Below, piece by piece: positions 1 to 8,809 of a DNA stretch of 36,456 nucleotides; the stretch's first letter is position 1; every line of letters starts with the position of its first letter. The DNA is from Nitrospinota bacterium (GTDB lineage Bacteria > UBA8248), in contig JASLZZ010000121.1 of NCBI GenBank assembly GCA_030754595.1, positions 1 to 36,456 of the forward strand, read 5' to 3'. The notes under the pieces were generated by a model. The model was not told where the DNA came from, did no database searches, and saw only the letters and a list, made by a program, of their open reading frames with translations. Both the position numbers and the translations under genes were made by a program.

Positions 1-67
1 CGCCTCCATCACTCAAAAGCGCATGCCGGGCATCAAGGTCGAAAAATCCTGGCTGTGAGGTCATCAT
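1..67 (-). CDS. IS5-family transposase, N-terminal 22 codons (partial, runs off window)
   Basis: Manual translation MMTSQPGFFDLDARHALLSDGG matches the QPGFFDLDxRxxxLSxxGD N-terminus of IS5-family transposases. GGAGGA RBS at 76-71. Not in the ORF track; start may be 64. Confidence 0.75.
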   Translation of the reverse strand, partial: MMTSQPGFFDLDARHALLSDGG

Positions 68-139
68 CTATCCTCCGGGGCGGGAGGATTCTATTGGATC
101 ACATCAGAGATGAAATAGGGGAGGTTTTTAGAGGTGCCC
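1..139 (-). mobile_element. IS5-family insertion sequence, left end (continues beyond the window)
   Basis: Minus strand begins GGGCACCTCTAAAAAC (139-124), resembling IS5-family terminal IRs, exactly where glyA homology stops. It is followed by an RBS and a transposase-like N-terminus. Confidence 0.75.
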
Positions 140-412
140 ATTAAACCATCTCCCCGAAAACGTGACCGGGTGGCCATGAGTCAGGTGACCGCCATGAGAG
201 AGGTTCGTGCCCAGAATCGTGTCTCCCGGCTCGAGGAGAGCAAAATAGACCGCGGCGTATTTGTTCGTCATGGTGCCGCCGGCCGCTTCCATGACCGCGG
301 CGCTAACGTAATTCTCGGAAGCGATGAGCTCGAGTTCGTCCCCCTGCCGGGTGGTTTCTTTTTCCATCGCGCCAAAAGTTTCGGGGTCCATCATTTCTAG
401 AGCAGAAACCAT
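140..412 (-). pseudogene. glyA: Serine hydroxymethyltransferase remnant (internal deletion and 3' truncation)
   Basis: [16 protein letters not shown] and [18 protein letters not shown] are SHMT motifs. The EGYPGKRYYGG...QPHSGSQAN block is missing, and the frame ends in the IS after [15 protein letters not shown] at 425-421. Confidence 0.9.
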
Positions 413-460
413 GAAAAAAACCTCCGGATTTCTTTGGGGCGGCCGTTCGGGACGAAAAAC

Positions 461-570
461 ATTGACGAGAGGAATTATCCCTGGAGAGGCGGACGCTAGC
501 AAAGTGCCCATCCGGCGTCAATTCTCTCCTGAGGGATCTGGCCGCGCAAACCGAATCAGTCATTACCTCA
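461..570 (-). promoter_or_regulatory. Candidate structured 5' leader of glyA (possible degenerate riboswitch)
   Basis: Stem 477-488 with 524-537 (12 bp, 2-nt bulge), alternative pairings 461-467/516-522 and 467-476/520-528. Partial ZTP-like and glycine-like aptamer words are present. Confidence 0.3.
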
Positions 571-634
571 ATCCGCTCCCTTGGCGGGGCCCTTCGTTCA
601 TGTCAGAATAAGAGACTGATTGAGGGTATTGTCT

Positions 635-647
635 CAATCTGTTGATT
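635..647 (-). promoter_or_regulatory. IHF consensus site in the glyA/otsA intergenic region
   Basis: AATCAACAGATTG matches WATCAANNNNTTR exactly and overlaps the inverted repeat GATTGAG-N8-CTCAATC (618-639). Confidence 0.35.
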
Positions 648-728
648 GCCGCACCCCGGCGGCGGCCTTTTGGGGCTGAGCCACCGTGGAGTCCTCCAGG
701 CAGCACGCACCTGCGAAGAACATCGCCC

Positions 729-2126
729 ATGAGCAAGCTTGTCGTCGTCTCCAATCGTCTGCCCTCTCTGCCGGAGAAGGACTCCCCGCGCTCCCGAAAA
801 GAAAACGTCGGCGGGTTGGTCTCCGCCCTGATCTCGGCGCTCGAGCTCAGCGGGGGAGGAGTCTGGTTCGGGTGGAGCGGAAAATCCAGCCCGGGAGAGA
901 AGAAAAAAAACGCATCGTGGAGTTTCGGAAGCACCCAAATCGTCGGGTTCGACCTCACCAGGCGCGAGATCAATTCCTACTACAACGGATTCTGCAACCG
1001 GGCGCTATGGCCCCTGCTTCACGGTTTTCAAAGCGAGGTGCAGCTGCACCGGCAGGAAAATCTCGCCTACAATCTGGTCAACGCACGTTTTGCCCAGGAG
1101 CTCTTGCCTTACCTGGAGAAAAACGATTCAGTCTGGGTGAACGACTATCATCTTTTTCTGCTCGGCCGGGAGCTCAGACGGCTGGGACACGAAGGGCCTA
1201 TCGGCTTTTTCCTCCATATTCCGTTTCCCTCGTACGTAACCTGGCAAATTCTTCCGGAGCCCGAAGAGGTCCTCGATGGCATGATGGATTTCGATCTCGT
1301 CGGCCTCCACACCCGGACCTACCGTGACAACTACGTCTATACAAGCCAGCGCCTCATCGACTCTTCGTGGGACGGAAAATATTTACGGGCCAGCGGGCGC
1401 AAACAGCGTGTGCACATGATCCCTATCGGCGTGGACCCGGAGCGCTTCGGGCCCGGGGACGCGAAAACCCCGGCCGGCCGCCGCAGGCGCGGGCTTCAGG
1501 AGGAGGCGGGCAACGCGCAGATCATCCTCGGGGTGGACCGCCTCGACTACACCAAGGGGATACCGCAGCGGATTCTCTCGTTCGAGGCGCTGCTCCAACA
1601 CCACCCTGAATACCGGAGTAAGGTATGCATGTTTCAGATATGCGCCCCCTCGCGCAGCGAAGTTCCCGAATATATCAATCAAAAAAAATCCGTGGAAAGC
1701 ATCGTGGGCCGTATCAACGGTGAATTCGCCGAGCACGACTGGGTTCCGATCCGGTATTTCTACCGCTCCTACCCCCACGATCGGCTCAGCGTCTTCTACC
1801 GCGAAGCCCACGCTTGCCTCGTCACCCCCCTCCGCGACGGCATGAACCTCGTTGCGAAGGAATATATCGCCGCACAAGACCCGGAAGACCCCGGTGTCCT
1901 TGTCCTGAGCAAATTCACGGGCGCGGCCGAGGATCTGACCGAGGCGGTGATTGTCAATCCCTACCTGCCGGAAGATGTCGCCGACGGGATCGCGCGGGCG
2001 CTCTCGATGCCGCTCCAGGAGCGGGTCGAACGGCACGAAATTTTACTGGAAAAAGTTGTCCGCCACAGCGCCGAATGGTGGTTCAAGACCTTCCTGAAAG
2101 AGTTGGGCGAAACCTCGCCCGACTGA
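729..2126 (+). CDS. otsA: Trehalose-6-phosphate synthase (glycosyltransferase family 20)
   Basis: [45 protein letters not shown] and [13 protein letters not shown] motifs. Start placed at [10 protein letters not shown]. Confidence 0.9.
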   Translation: MSKLVVVSNRLPSLPEKDSPRSRKENVGGLVSALISALELSGGGVWFGWSGKSSPGEKKKNASWSFGSTQIVGFDLTRREINSYYNGFCNRALWPLLHGFQSEVQLHRQENLAYNLVNARFAQELLPYLEKNDSVWVNDYHLFLLGRELRRLGHEGPIGFFLHIPFPSYVTWQILPEPEEVLDGMMDFDLVGLHTRTYRDNYVYTSQRLIDSSWDGKYLRASGRKQRVHMIPIGVDPERFGPGDAKTPAGRRRRGLQEEAGNAQIILGVDRLDYTKGIPQRILSFEALLQHHPEYRSKVCMFQICAPSRSEVPEYINQKKSVESIVGRINGEFAEHDWVPIRYFYRSYPHDRLSVFYREAHACLVTPLRDGMNLVAKEYIAAQDPEDPGVLVLSKFTGAAEDLTEAVIVNPYLPEDVADGIARALSMPLQERVERHEILLEKVVRHSAEWWFKTFLKELGETSPD

Positions 2127-2135
2127 GAGCGATTC

Positions 2136-2165
2136 AAAAAAAAAGCGCATCCCTTGGGGTCGCGC
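2136..2165 (-). terminator. Probable intrinsic terminator of the AOR operon
   Basis: Imperfect GC hairpin (2145-2165) followed on the minus strand by T9 (2144-2136), between convergent genes. Confidence 0.5.
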
Positions 2166-2213
2166 GCTCATTAGCCGTTCGCTCGGTTGGCGCCCACGCT
2201 ATGGCCTGAAACC

Positions 2214-2528
2214 TCATCCCCCCATGTATTGTCCCATGAGAATGATCCGGTCCCCGTCCTCCACCTCGCTCTCAAGCGTGTGCTTGATCCCCAGCAGGGC
2301 GTCGTTCACGGCGATCTCGATGTGCTCGCTGAGGGCGTCCGAGCCGCGATCCCAAAGGGCTTTATCCAGCTCACGGTGGCGGCGGCTGTGGCGCTTGAGC
2401 ACTGCACGTATCGTATCACCGGGGAGGATTTCCTCGGAAAACTCCCGGCTCTCGCTACCGTCCCCGCCGACGAACACCGTCGCCCAGGCGAGGAGTTCAA
2501 TCACGGCGGTTCGCTTTTTCTCAGCCAC
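2214..2528 (-). CDS. MoaD/ThiS-family ubiquitin-like sulfur carrier
   Basis: C-terminal GG, IEIAVND...VEDGDRIIL beta-grasp signature, directly downstream of AOR. GTG start inferred. Confidence 0.8.
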   Translation of the reverse strand: MAEKKRTAVIELLAWATVFVGGDGSESREFSEEILPGDTIRAVLKRHSRRHRELDKALWDRGSDALSEHIEIAVNDALLGIKHTLESEVEDGDRIILMGQYMGG

Positions 2529-2583
2529 GGCAACTCTCACCCACTGCAACTCTCACCCACGGGGAGCGCAGACTCACGCGACA

Positions 2584-4470
2584 CTATACTTTGGCGGCCG
2601 CTCCCTCGCCCCAGAGAGGCTCGATCAACTCCACAAGGCCCAGCTCCGTCAGCGTATCCACGGTCGGCCGGCCCGTCGCCCGATCATAGCCGACGGTCTC
2701 ATACCAAATATCGAGCATTTTCTCCCAATGGTCCATGATGGAAACACCCTTCACCGGGCCGTCCACGGGAGTTGAGCCATAGCGCTTCGAGGGCCGCTCG
2801 AGTTCGGGCCCGATGCCGCAACGCAGGTTGAAAGCGCGCATCAATGTCGCCGAGCGGCGGCCCAGAGTCATTGCCTCCTCGCGCCGGATGTCCCAGCCCG
2901 TCGCAGCCTCGACCGAGCGACAGAGAATATCCAGCCGGGTACGGGAGGTGAAAGCGCAAATGCCCAACGAATCCTCGAAATGCCGCCTCCCCCGCATGGT
3001 GCCCACCATCTTAGGCACGGCTTCTGTGTCCTGGGGCTCCACCCGGGCCGGCATGCCCATCTCGGTTGGGAAAACGGGGGGAGCGGTGTCCAGCGTCCCA
3101 CCGCCGCCAGTGCAGGTGTCCAGCATCTCCTCCCACCGGGCGCGGTGGTCGTGCCCGCGCGGCGAATCGCCCTTCATGGTGTAGACGGCGCAGTCAGCCG
3201 CCTCGCCGCCGAGTTTTTCCGAGGCCCGCTTCACCCCCTCGGCCAGCAGATCGCCCATGCCCTCGCGGCGGCTGATCATCTGAAGCAGGCGGTTCGACCC
3301 TTCGATATCACCCCACTCAAGCCGGAAGCCGAGGTCCTGATCGCTGATGTAACCCTTCTGCTGGCATTCCATCACCCATCCGCAGAGCCAGCCCCACTCG
3401 TTCACATCCACGCAGGCCCGGTCGATCTGGGTGTTCATCCAGGAGACCTCCTGGGGTTCGGTGGCTCCGGTGACCCAGCCCGCGCTGGCCCAGCCCTCGT
3501 ACTCGGGCTCATCGACGATCTCCCCCTTGTGGGCCCCTGAGGCAATCACCTGCATGTGGCAGTGGTACATCCCGCAGGAGTTGCACTGATGGCCCCGGTG
3601 ATCGAATCCTTCGCGGAGGCTGCGTCCCTCCCATTTCTTGGTATCCACCCCCTCGGGCCATACGTTCGTCGTGTAATTGCGAATCGGAAGCGAGCCCCCT
3701 GCTATCTGGTTCCGGACCCCGCCCAGCGTTCCGTACAAATAAAGACCCTTTGTGCTCGGGTCGGTCTGGAGGCTATGGGCGATCTCGTCCGCCGCGGCGT
3801 AGAGCGCCTTCAGGTGGGCGACCGTGAGAGCTTTGCCGCCCCGCTCGATGGCTACGGCCTTGACCTTCTTGGACCCCATGACCGCCCCGCAGCCATTCTT
3901 GCTCGCCACATGGCCATAATCGCCCTGGATGGCGGCGAAGCGCACCAGGTTTTCACCCGCCGGGCCGATCGAGTAGACGCTGAGTTGGTGCCCGCTGAGG
4001 CCGATTTCTTTTTCGAGGGCCTGCTGGGTCTCCCAGGTGTCCTTGCCCAGTAGATGCGTGGCGTCCTTGAGTTCCACCCGGTCATCTTGGATGTGAACGT
4101 ACACCCAGCCCACCGAGCGCCCCTGGAGGACAATGGCGTCATAGCCGCAGTGCTTGAGGTTGGCGCCAAAGAAACCGTTGGCGTTCGTGTTTGTGGCCCC
4201 GCCCGTCAACGCACCCCGCGTGACGACGGTGAGCCCGCCCGTGCCCCAGACGGGAAGGCCCGCAAGCGGCCCGGTGGCCAGGACGAGGCGGTTGTCCGGG
4301 TGGTCCCAGTCCACCTCGGGGGGCACTTCCTCCCAGAGGATTTTCGCCCCCAGGCACGCGCCGCCGATGTATTTCCGCTGGTCCTCGGGGGTAAACGGAT
4401 CGGCCCATGTTTTACCGGCCGAAAGATCCGCTCTCAGGATTTGCCCTGCATATGCGTATGAGTCGCTCAA
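2584..4470 (-). CDS. Tungsten-containing aldehyde oxidoreductase (AOR/WOR family) catalytic subunit
   Basis: GQILRADLS, YIGG, TGPLAG, GYDAIVLQG, SIGPAGENLVRFAAI, GAVMGSKKVKA, PEYE, LAEGVKRAS and DSLGIC; 628 aa; TTG start with GGAGA RBS. Confidence 0.92.
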   Translation of the reverse strand: MSDSYAYAGQILRADLSAGKTWADPFTPEDQRKYIGGACLGAKILWEEVPPEVDWDHPDNRLVLATGPLAGLPVWGTGGLTVVTRGALTGGATNTNANGFFGANLKHCGYDAIVLQGRSVGWVYVHIQDDRVELKDATHLLGKDTWETQQALEKEIGLSGHQLSVYSIGPAGENLVRFAAIQGDYGHVASKNGCGAVMGSKKVKAVAIERGGKALTVAHLKALYAAADEIAHSLQTDPSTKGLYLYGTLGGVRNQIAGGSLPIRNYTTNVWPEGVDTKKWEGRSLREGFDHRGHQCNSCGMYHCHMQVIASGAHKGEIVDEPEYEGWASAGWVTGATEPQEVSWMNTQIDRACVDVNEWGWLCGWVMECQQKGYISDQDLGFRLEWGDIEGSNRLLQMISRREGMGDLLAEGVKRASEKLGGEAADCAVYTMKGDSPRGHDHRARWEEMLDTCTGGGGTLDTAPPVFPTEMGMPARVEPQDTEAVPKMVGTMRGRRHFEDSLGICAFTSRTRLDILCRSVEAATGWDIRREEAMTLGRRSATLMRAFNLRCGIGPELERPSKRYGSTPVDGPVKGVSIMDHWEKMLDIWYETVGYDRATGRPTVDTLTELGLVELIEPLWGEGAAAKV

Positions 4471-4500
4471 TGTCGGTATCTCCCGATGTTATGGCCGCTT

Positions 4501-5829
4501 CTATTGTTGGACAGCGATATCCCGCTCGGGGACCGATGGCCGGCCCAGAAGCGTTTCCGGCAGCAGAGTCTCGGCGGCACCCACGGCGAGATATGCGCGT
4601 TTGATATCGAAAGGATTGCCCCGCAGGTGCTCTTTCCACTCGGAAAGATCACAGCCGCTCTGAATGAGTCCCTTGAGCATTCCCGCGTCGTTCGTCGCCC
4701 AGATGTCCCGGGTCCGCCCGAGGAGAATGGCCCCGACGAGTCTCCCCCCTTCAAAAAGAAGTTTGCGGTAGGCGGGGCGGTCCTTTTTAACGGCCTGAAT
4801 GACTTCGGCCTCCTCGTCATCCCAGTTGCCGAAGCTGGCAATCTCAAGATCAAGTACATCGACGATGTTCACCAGGAGGCTGCCCTCATAGGCGGTGTCC
4901 ACCCCGGCCATGTTCGCGCCGGCCACCCTGCCGTGTTGCATGGCAGTGGGCTCGGTGGCGTGGACCGCCTTTCCCTCCCCCACCCGCTCGGGCCCCTCCG
5001 CTACGTCGCCGGCGGCGTAAATATTGGATTCGCTCGAGCGAAGGTGATCGTTGATGACAACACCGCCGTTCACCTCGACCCCCGAGCCTTCGAGCCATTC
5101 CAGATTCGTTTTGATTCCCGTCGCCATGATCACCAGATCGACCTCGATGTCCGCGCCGGCCTTGAGTTTGAGGATCTTCCCTCCTCCGGAGGCATCCTCG
5201 ATGGAGGTGATCTCAGCCCCGGCCAAAATCTTCACGCCTCGCTCCTCGAGCCAGCCCTGAACGATTTCGGCCCCGGTATCATCCACCATCCGGGGAAGTA
5301 TCCTCGGCGCAATCTCGATGACGGTGAGTTCGGCGCCCCGCTTGAGCAGGGCATTCAAGATCGTAAAGGAGATGAAGCCCGCGCCGACCATCGCCACGCG
5401 CACGCCGGGCTTGAGACTGGCGGTCACCTCCCGCGCCTGATCGAGCGTCCAGAAGCTGTGAACATTCGCGCCGTCGGCGCCGGGCAACTGCGGCCGGACC
5501 GCCGAAGAGCCGGTGGCGATCAGAAGATCGTCGTAGGCGATCTCTTCCTCGTCATCGAGAATGAGCTTGTTATCGTTGGGATTCAGACTGGCCGCCCGGC
5601 GGCCAAGCCGCGTCTCCACCCCGAGCGCTTCAAGGCGGGTTTCGCTCGCCGTGAAGACGTGGGCTTCGCCGATCTCCCGCGAAAGGTAGTAGGGAAGAAC
5701 CATCCTCGAATAGGGGTTTTCGGCGGACACCAGAACGATCTCCGACTCCCCCCGGTCGATTTCCCTAATCGTGGTAATCGCATTCCAGCCGGAGGTCCCC
5801 CCGCCGACGATCACGTGACGTTTGGCCAT
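4501..5829 (-). CDS. FAD-dependent NAD(P)H oxidoreductase (Pyr_redox_2), probable AOR flavin subunit
   Basis: VIVGGGTSG, YDDLLIATGS, VGAGFI, ATGIKTN and IYAAGDVA motifs. Start overlaps the stop of the upstream ferredoxin gene (TAATG). Confidence 0.88.
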   Translation of the reverse strand: MAKRHVIVGGGTSGWNAITTIREIDRGESEIVLVSAENPYSRMVLPYYLSREIGEAHVFTASETRLEALGVETRLGRRAASLNPNDNKLILDDEEEIAYDDLLIATGSSAVRPQLPGADGANVHSFWTLDQAREVTASLKPGVRVAMVGAGFISFTILNALLKRGAELTVIEIAPRILPRMVDDTGAEIVQGWLEERGVKILAGAEITSIEDASGGGKILKLKAGADIEVDLVIMATGIKTNLEWLEGSGVEVNGGVVINDHLRSSESNIYAAGDVAEGPERVGEGKAVHATEPTAMQHGRVAGANMAGVDTAYEGSLLVNIVDVLDLEIASFGNWDDEEAEVIQAVKKDRPAYRKLLFEGGRLVGAILLGRTRDIWATNDAGMLKGLIQSGCDLSEWKEHLRGNPFDIKRAYLAVGAAETLLPETLLGRPSVPERDIAVQQ

Positions 5830-6311
5830 TATTTCACCCCCGCCGCAAGAGCCCCGCCGGGGCCGTGAGCCCGATCCGCCGAGAACGGCCCGACCCAATC
5901 CGCCGTTTCGGCTTCCTCATACAAGATGGCATCCCTCGGACACACATCCACGCAGGCGGGGGCCCCGCCGCACAGATCGCACTTGAACGCCGTGTGCTGG
6001 TCCGGGTCGTAGAAAATCGTCCCGTACGGACACGCGATGGTGCACAGCTTACAACCCACGCACGCGGCGTCTAAAACATTCTTCGCGCCCGCTGAATTAA
6101 TCGAAATGGCCTCGACGGGACAGGCCGTCAAACACCACCCCTCGTCGCACTGGGGGCAGGTGTAGGGCGAATAGCTCGTATGACCCTCGAACGCCGAAAC
6201 CCGGATAACGGACCTGGAAGGCTGAAAGGCGCCGGTATTCATATAAGAGCATGCCAACTCGCACCTCATGCAGCCTGTACAACGCTCGGGAACGATCTTG
6301 AGTGCTTTCAT
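5829..6311 (-). CDS. 4x[4Fe-4S] polyferredoxin (DmsB/HybA-like), probable AOR electron-transfer subunit
   Basis: Four Cys groups: CTGCMRCELAC, CPQCDEGWCLTACP, CVGCKLCTIACP and CDLCGGAPACVDVCP. Strong GAGGAG RBS. Confidence 0.92.
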   Translation of the reverse strand: MKALKIVPERCTGCMRCELACSYMNTGAFQPSRSVIRVSAFEGHTSYSPYTCPQCDEGWCLTACPVEAISINSAGAKNVLDAACVGCKLCTIACPYGTIFYDPDQHTAFKCDLCGGAPACVDVCPRDAILYEEAETADWVGPFSADRAHGPGGALAAGVK

Positions 6312-6391
6312 CCTCTCTCCTCAATGCGGAATGAGCCGGGGAAGGCCGATAAATCCCCTGCGGCTTCGAATCAAACGGTTCGGATGGAGAA

Positions 6392-6420
6392 AGTGTCGCA
6401 ACAAAGGGGGATACGGTCAA
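6392..6420 (-). promoter_or_regulatory. Putative sigma70 promoter of the AOR operon
   Basis: TTGACC-N17-GACACT about 80 nt upstream of the ferredoxin start. Confidence 0.45.
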
Positions 6421-6436
6421 TCTGCGCGAGCTTGAA

Positions 6437-7318
6437 TCACGGATTCGCCGTAATCAGCGCCGCCCCCACCACAACAATCAAGGTAGCCAGAACCAACCGC
6501 TTCGTGATGATCTCCTTGCCCCTGAGAAGAATCATCGAGAGGAGGAGCACGAAAATCGGCGTCATCCGGATGAGCGGGGAGATTATGGTAAGCGGGCCGT
6601 CCCTGAGGGCGGTCCAGAAGTTGATCGCCGCGGCCATTCCGAAAACCCCCGCCGGGATACTCGCCAGCGCCATGGAGCGGTTGAGGCGAAATTTATGGGG
6701 CCCGGGCATGGCCCGCGAGGTCGCCAACAGGGTCGAGTTGGCGATGATGGTGGAGAAAATGACCCCAAACGCGGGGGCGCTCAGCGCCAGCATCCCTCCC
6801 TTCCGGAGATAAGGAGTAACCGAGAAGGCGAGCATCGCCACGAACGCGAATGTGTAGCTCTTGAGGGGTTGCCTCCCCTCCCCCCTCTCGCTCGTCATGA
6901 AAATCAACCCGACGACGATCAGGATGATGCCGAACCCCGCCTCGGGCGCGGGCCGCTCGCCCAATATCACGACGCCCATCAGCGAGGCGCCGATGGGAGA
7001 GCCCGCGACAACGGTGTTCGTCCGGCTCACGCCGATTATCTTGTTCGATGAATAGGCCAGATACCGGGCCGTCGCCTGACCCAATAAACCCACGCCCACG
7101 AAAAAAAGAAGCGCGCGGAGAAAATTTCCCTCGAACGAGTCCGAGAGCGGAATCAGGAAAAGTGCGGTGACGGACATCCAGAAATTGGTCATGATTGTCA
7201 CGGTCAGAGGGGAGGTCCTGTCCGTCAATTTGCGGACAAGGATTTGATTGCAGGCGAAGAAAAAGCTCCCCAACAGGGCGCGGTATTCCGGAGGAATGGA
7301 TGAAAACAACTCAAACAA
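6437..7318 (-). CDS. DMT/EamA-family transporter
   Basis: About 10 hydrophobic segments in two repeats, ILGERP and LLRGKEIIT ends. Start uncertain (7318-7348). Confidence 0.85.
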   Translation of the reverse strand: MFELFSSIPPEYRALLGSFFFACNQILVRKLTDRTSPLTVTIMTNFWMSVTALFLIPLSDSFEGNFLRALLFFVGVGLLGQATARYLAYSSNKIIGVSRTNTVVAGSPIGASLMGVVILGERPAPEAGFGIILIVVGLIFMTSERGEGRQPLKSYTFAFVAMLAFSVTPYLRKGGMLALSAPAFGVIFSTIIANSTLLATSRAMPGPHKFRLNRSMALASIPAGVFGMAAAINFWTALRDGPLTIISPLIRMTPIFVLLLSMILLRGKEIITKRLVLATLIVVVGAALITANP

Positions 7319-7478
7319 GACAAGCCCGCCGCGGTTAGAAGGGTGCAAAGAAAATGAACTATCTCACGCCGGGACCAGCGGCCATAGCGCGGGGGGGGGA
7401 AATTGGACAAAATGCCGGGAAAAGAACAATCCCTTCCGCATCTCAAAATCGAGGGGTCGATATGAATAAGAATCCGAT

Positions 7479-8150
7479 ATGACCGAGAGCCTATCGACGC
7501 CGGGCCGGGAGGTGTTTCCGGAATATCCCGGAATTCCGGGCATGTACGAACGCGAGGTTAACGGGCTGTCCGCCCGCCAACTCGACAGAACGCAACCCGG
7601 CAAAAGCTGGGGCGCGTGGCCCATCAGGCAGCAAGTCAGCCATGTCGCCTGGGTGCATTACCGCTGGTATATCGGCCTGGTGGGCAAAGGGCTGTTCGGC
7701 GAAAATCTTCCGCGGGATAAATCGCTACTCGACACGGGGGGTGGCGATCGGCGCCTCGACCCCGGCCGGTTTCACGAAATGGGCGATTTATTGGCCGCGC
7801 TTGAAGACGCAATCGATCTCGCCCTGGAGATACTCGGCGGGGAAACGCTGGGCGGCATGCGGGAGAAAACCTTCACGCGCCGAATCCCAGGAGATCAGCG
7901 GTGGGCCTCGGGTGACGGGGCTAGGGAGTGGACAGAGAGGGTCACCCTGAAGGCGCATCCCAGGGGATTTTGGGGGGATGAAACGGACCCGGACCTTTTC
8001 CACTACGACCTGGAATACGTCTTCCGGCACACGCTTTGGGAGTGTTACGCACACCTGAAAACCATCCAGGCGCATAAAAAAACGATGGGGCTCGCCCCGC
8101 TGGCCGACATCCCGGAGGTGGGATATCTGAAAGCCCTTGAATGGGAATAG
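7479..8150 (+). CDS. DinB/YfiT-like protein
   Basis: WPIRQQVSHVA and RHTLWECYAHLKTI helical His motifs typical of the DinB superfamily. Confidence 0.6.
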   Translation: MTESLSTPGREVFPEYPGIPGMYEREVNGLSARQLDRTQPGKSWGAWPIRQQVSHVAWVHYRWYIGLVGKGLFGENLPRDKSLLDTGGGDRRLDPGRFHEMGDLLAALEDAIDLALEILGGETLGGMREKTFTRRIPGDQRWASGDGAREWTERVTLKAHPRGFWGDETDPDLFHYDLEYVFRHTLWECYAHLKTIQAHKKTMGLAPLADIPEVGYLKALEWE

Positions 8151-8166
8151 TTCCGCCTCAATACCC

Positions 8167-8760
8167 CTAAATGGGGGCAATCCCGCGCACGAGAGCGCCG
8201 TCCGGCGGGGAGTAGCCCTCCATCCCGGAAATAAGAAGATCGGAATTTTCGCCTACCGTGAACAACTTATCGTAGCTCTCCGGCATGAATCCTTCTCCGG
8301 CCGCGTAGCGGAAAAACGACAAAAGCGGATCGAAGTAGCCCTCCACATTCAGCAGCCCGATCGGTTTGCTGATGAACCGGAGATAGACCCAGGAGATTAT
8401 CTCCATCATCTCCTCGAGCGTTCCGAGGCCGCCCGGAAGGACGATGAAACCGTCCGAAAGGTCGGCCATCTGGGCCTTGCGCTCGTGCATTGACTTGACG
8501 ATGCGAAGCTCGGTCACCCCCTCGTGGGCCACCTCGAGGTCGGCGATACCCTGCGGAATAACGCCGATTACCTCGCCCCCGCCCTCGAGGGCCGCGTCGG
8601 CGAGAATACCCATCAACCCGATATGCCCGCCGCCGTAAACGACGCCGATGCCCCTGCCGGAGAGTGTTTCGCCCAAATTCCTGGCCGCCTCACGGTAAAT
8701 GGCGCGGCTTCCCTCGCGGGAGCCGGTGAACACGCAAATTCTTTTTAATTTCACTGTCAT
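8167..8760 (-). CDS. LOG-family nucleotide 5'-monophosphate phosphoribohydrolase (TIGR00730-like)
   Basis: ICVFTGS, VYGGGHIGLMG, SMHERK and PGGLGTLEE. Start trimmed to MTVKLKR. Confidence 0.92.
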   Translation of the reverse strand: MTVKLKRICVFTGSREGSRAIYREAARNLGETLSGRGIGVVYGGGHIGLMGILADAALEGGGEVIGVIPQGIADLEVAHEGVTELRIVKSMHERKAQMADLSDGFIVLPGGLGTLEEMMEIISWVYLRFISKPIGLLNVEGYFDPLLSFFRYAAGEGFMPESYDKLFTVGENSDLLISGMEGYSPPDGALVRGIAPI

Positions 8761-8809
8761 GCGCAAATCATCCCGGCACGAAGAAAGCCCCCGGGGGGGG
8801 GGCGAAAAT

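Noticed and set aside
76..90. 14/15 match (CGGGGCGGGAGGATT) to the tRNA-Pro 3' region at 33346-33360, suggesting a 33-kb island att pair
   Set aside because: It lies within the IS5 end, the intervening DNA is core housekeeping (ligA, tol-pal), and a short GC-rich match is plausible by chance.
4486..5868. 460-aa plus-strand ORF
   Set aside because: Antisense shadow of the FAD oxidoreductase; no recognisable motifs, and such ORFs are expected with high-GC codon bias.
6312..6391. Moco/tungsten-cofactor riboswitch upstream of the AOR operon
   Set aside because: The leader is short and has small hairpins, but lacks the conserved Moco RNA elements I would expect.
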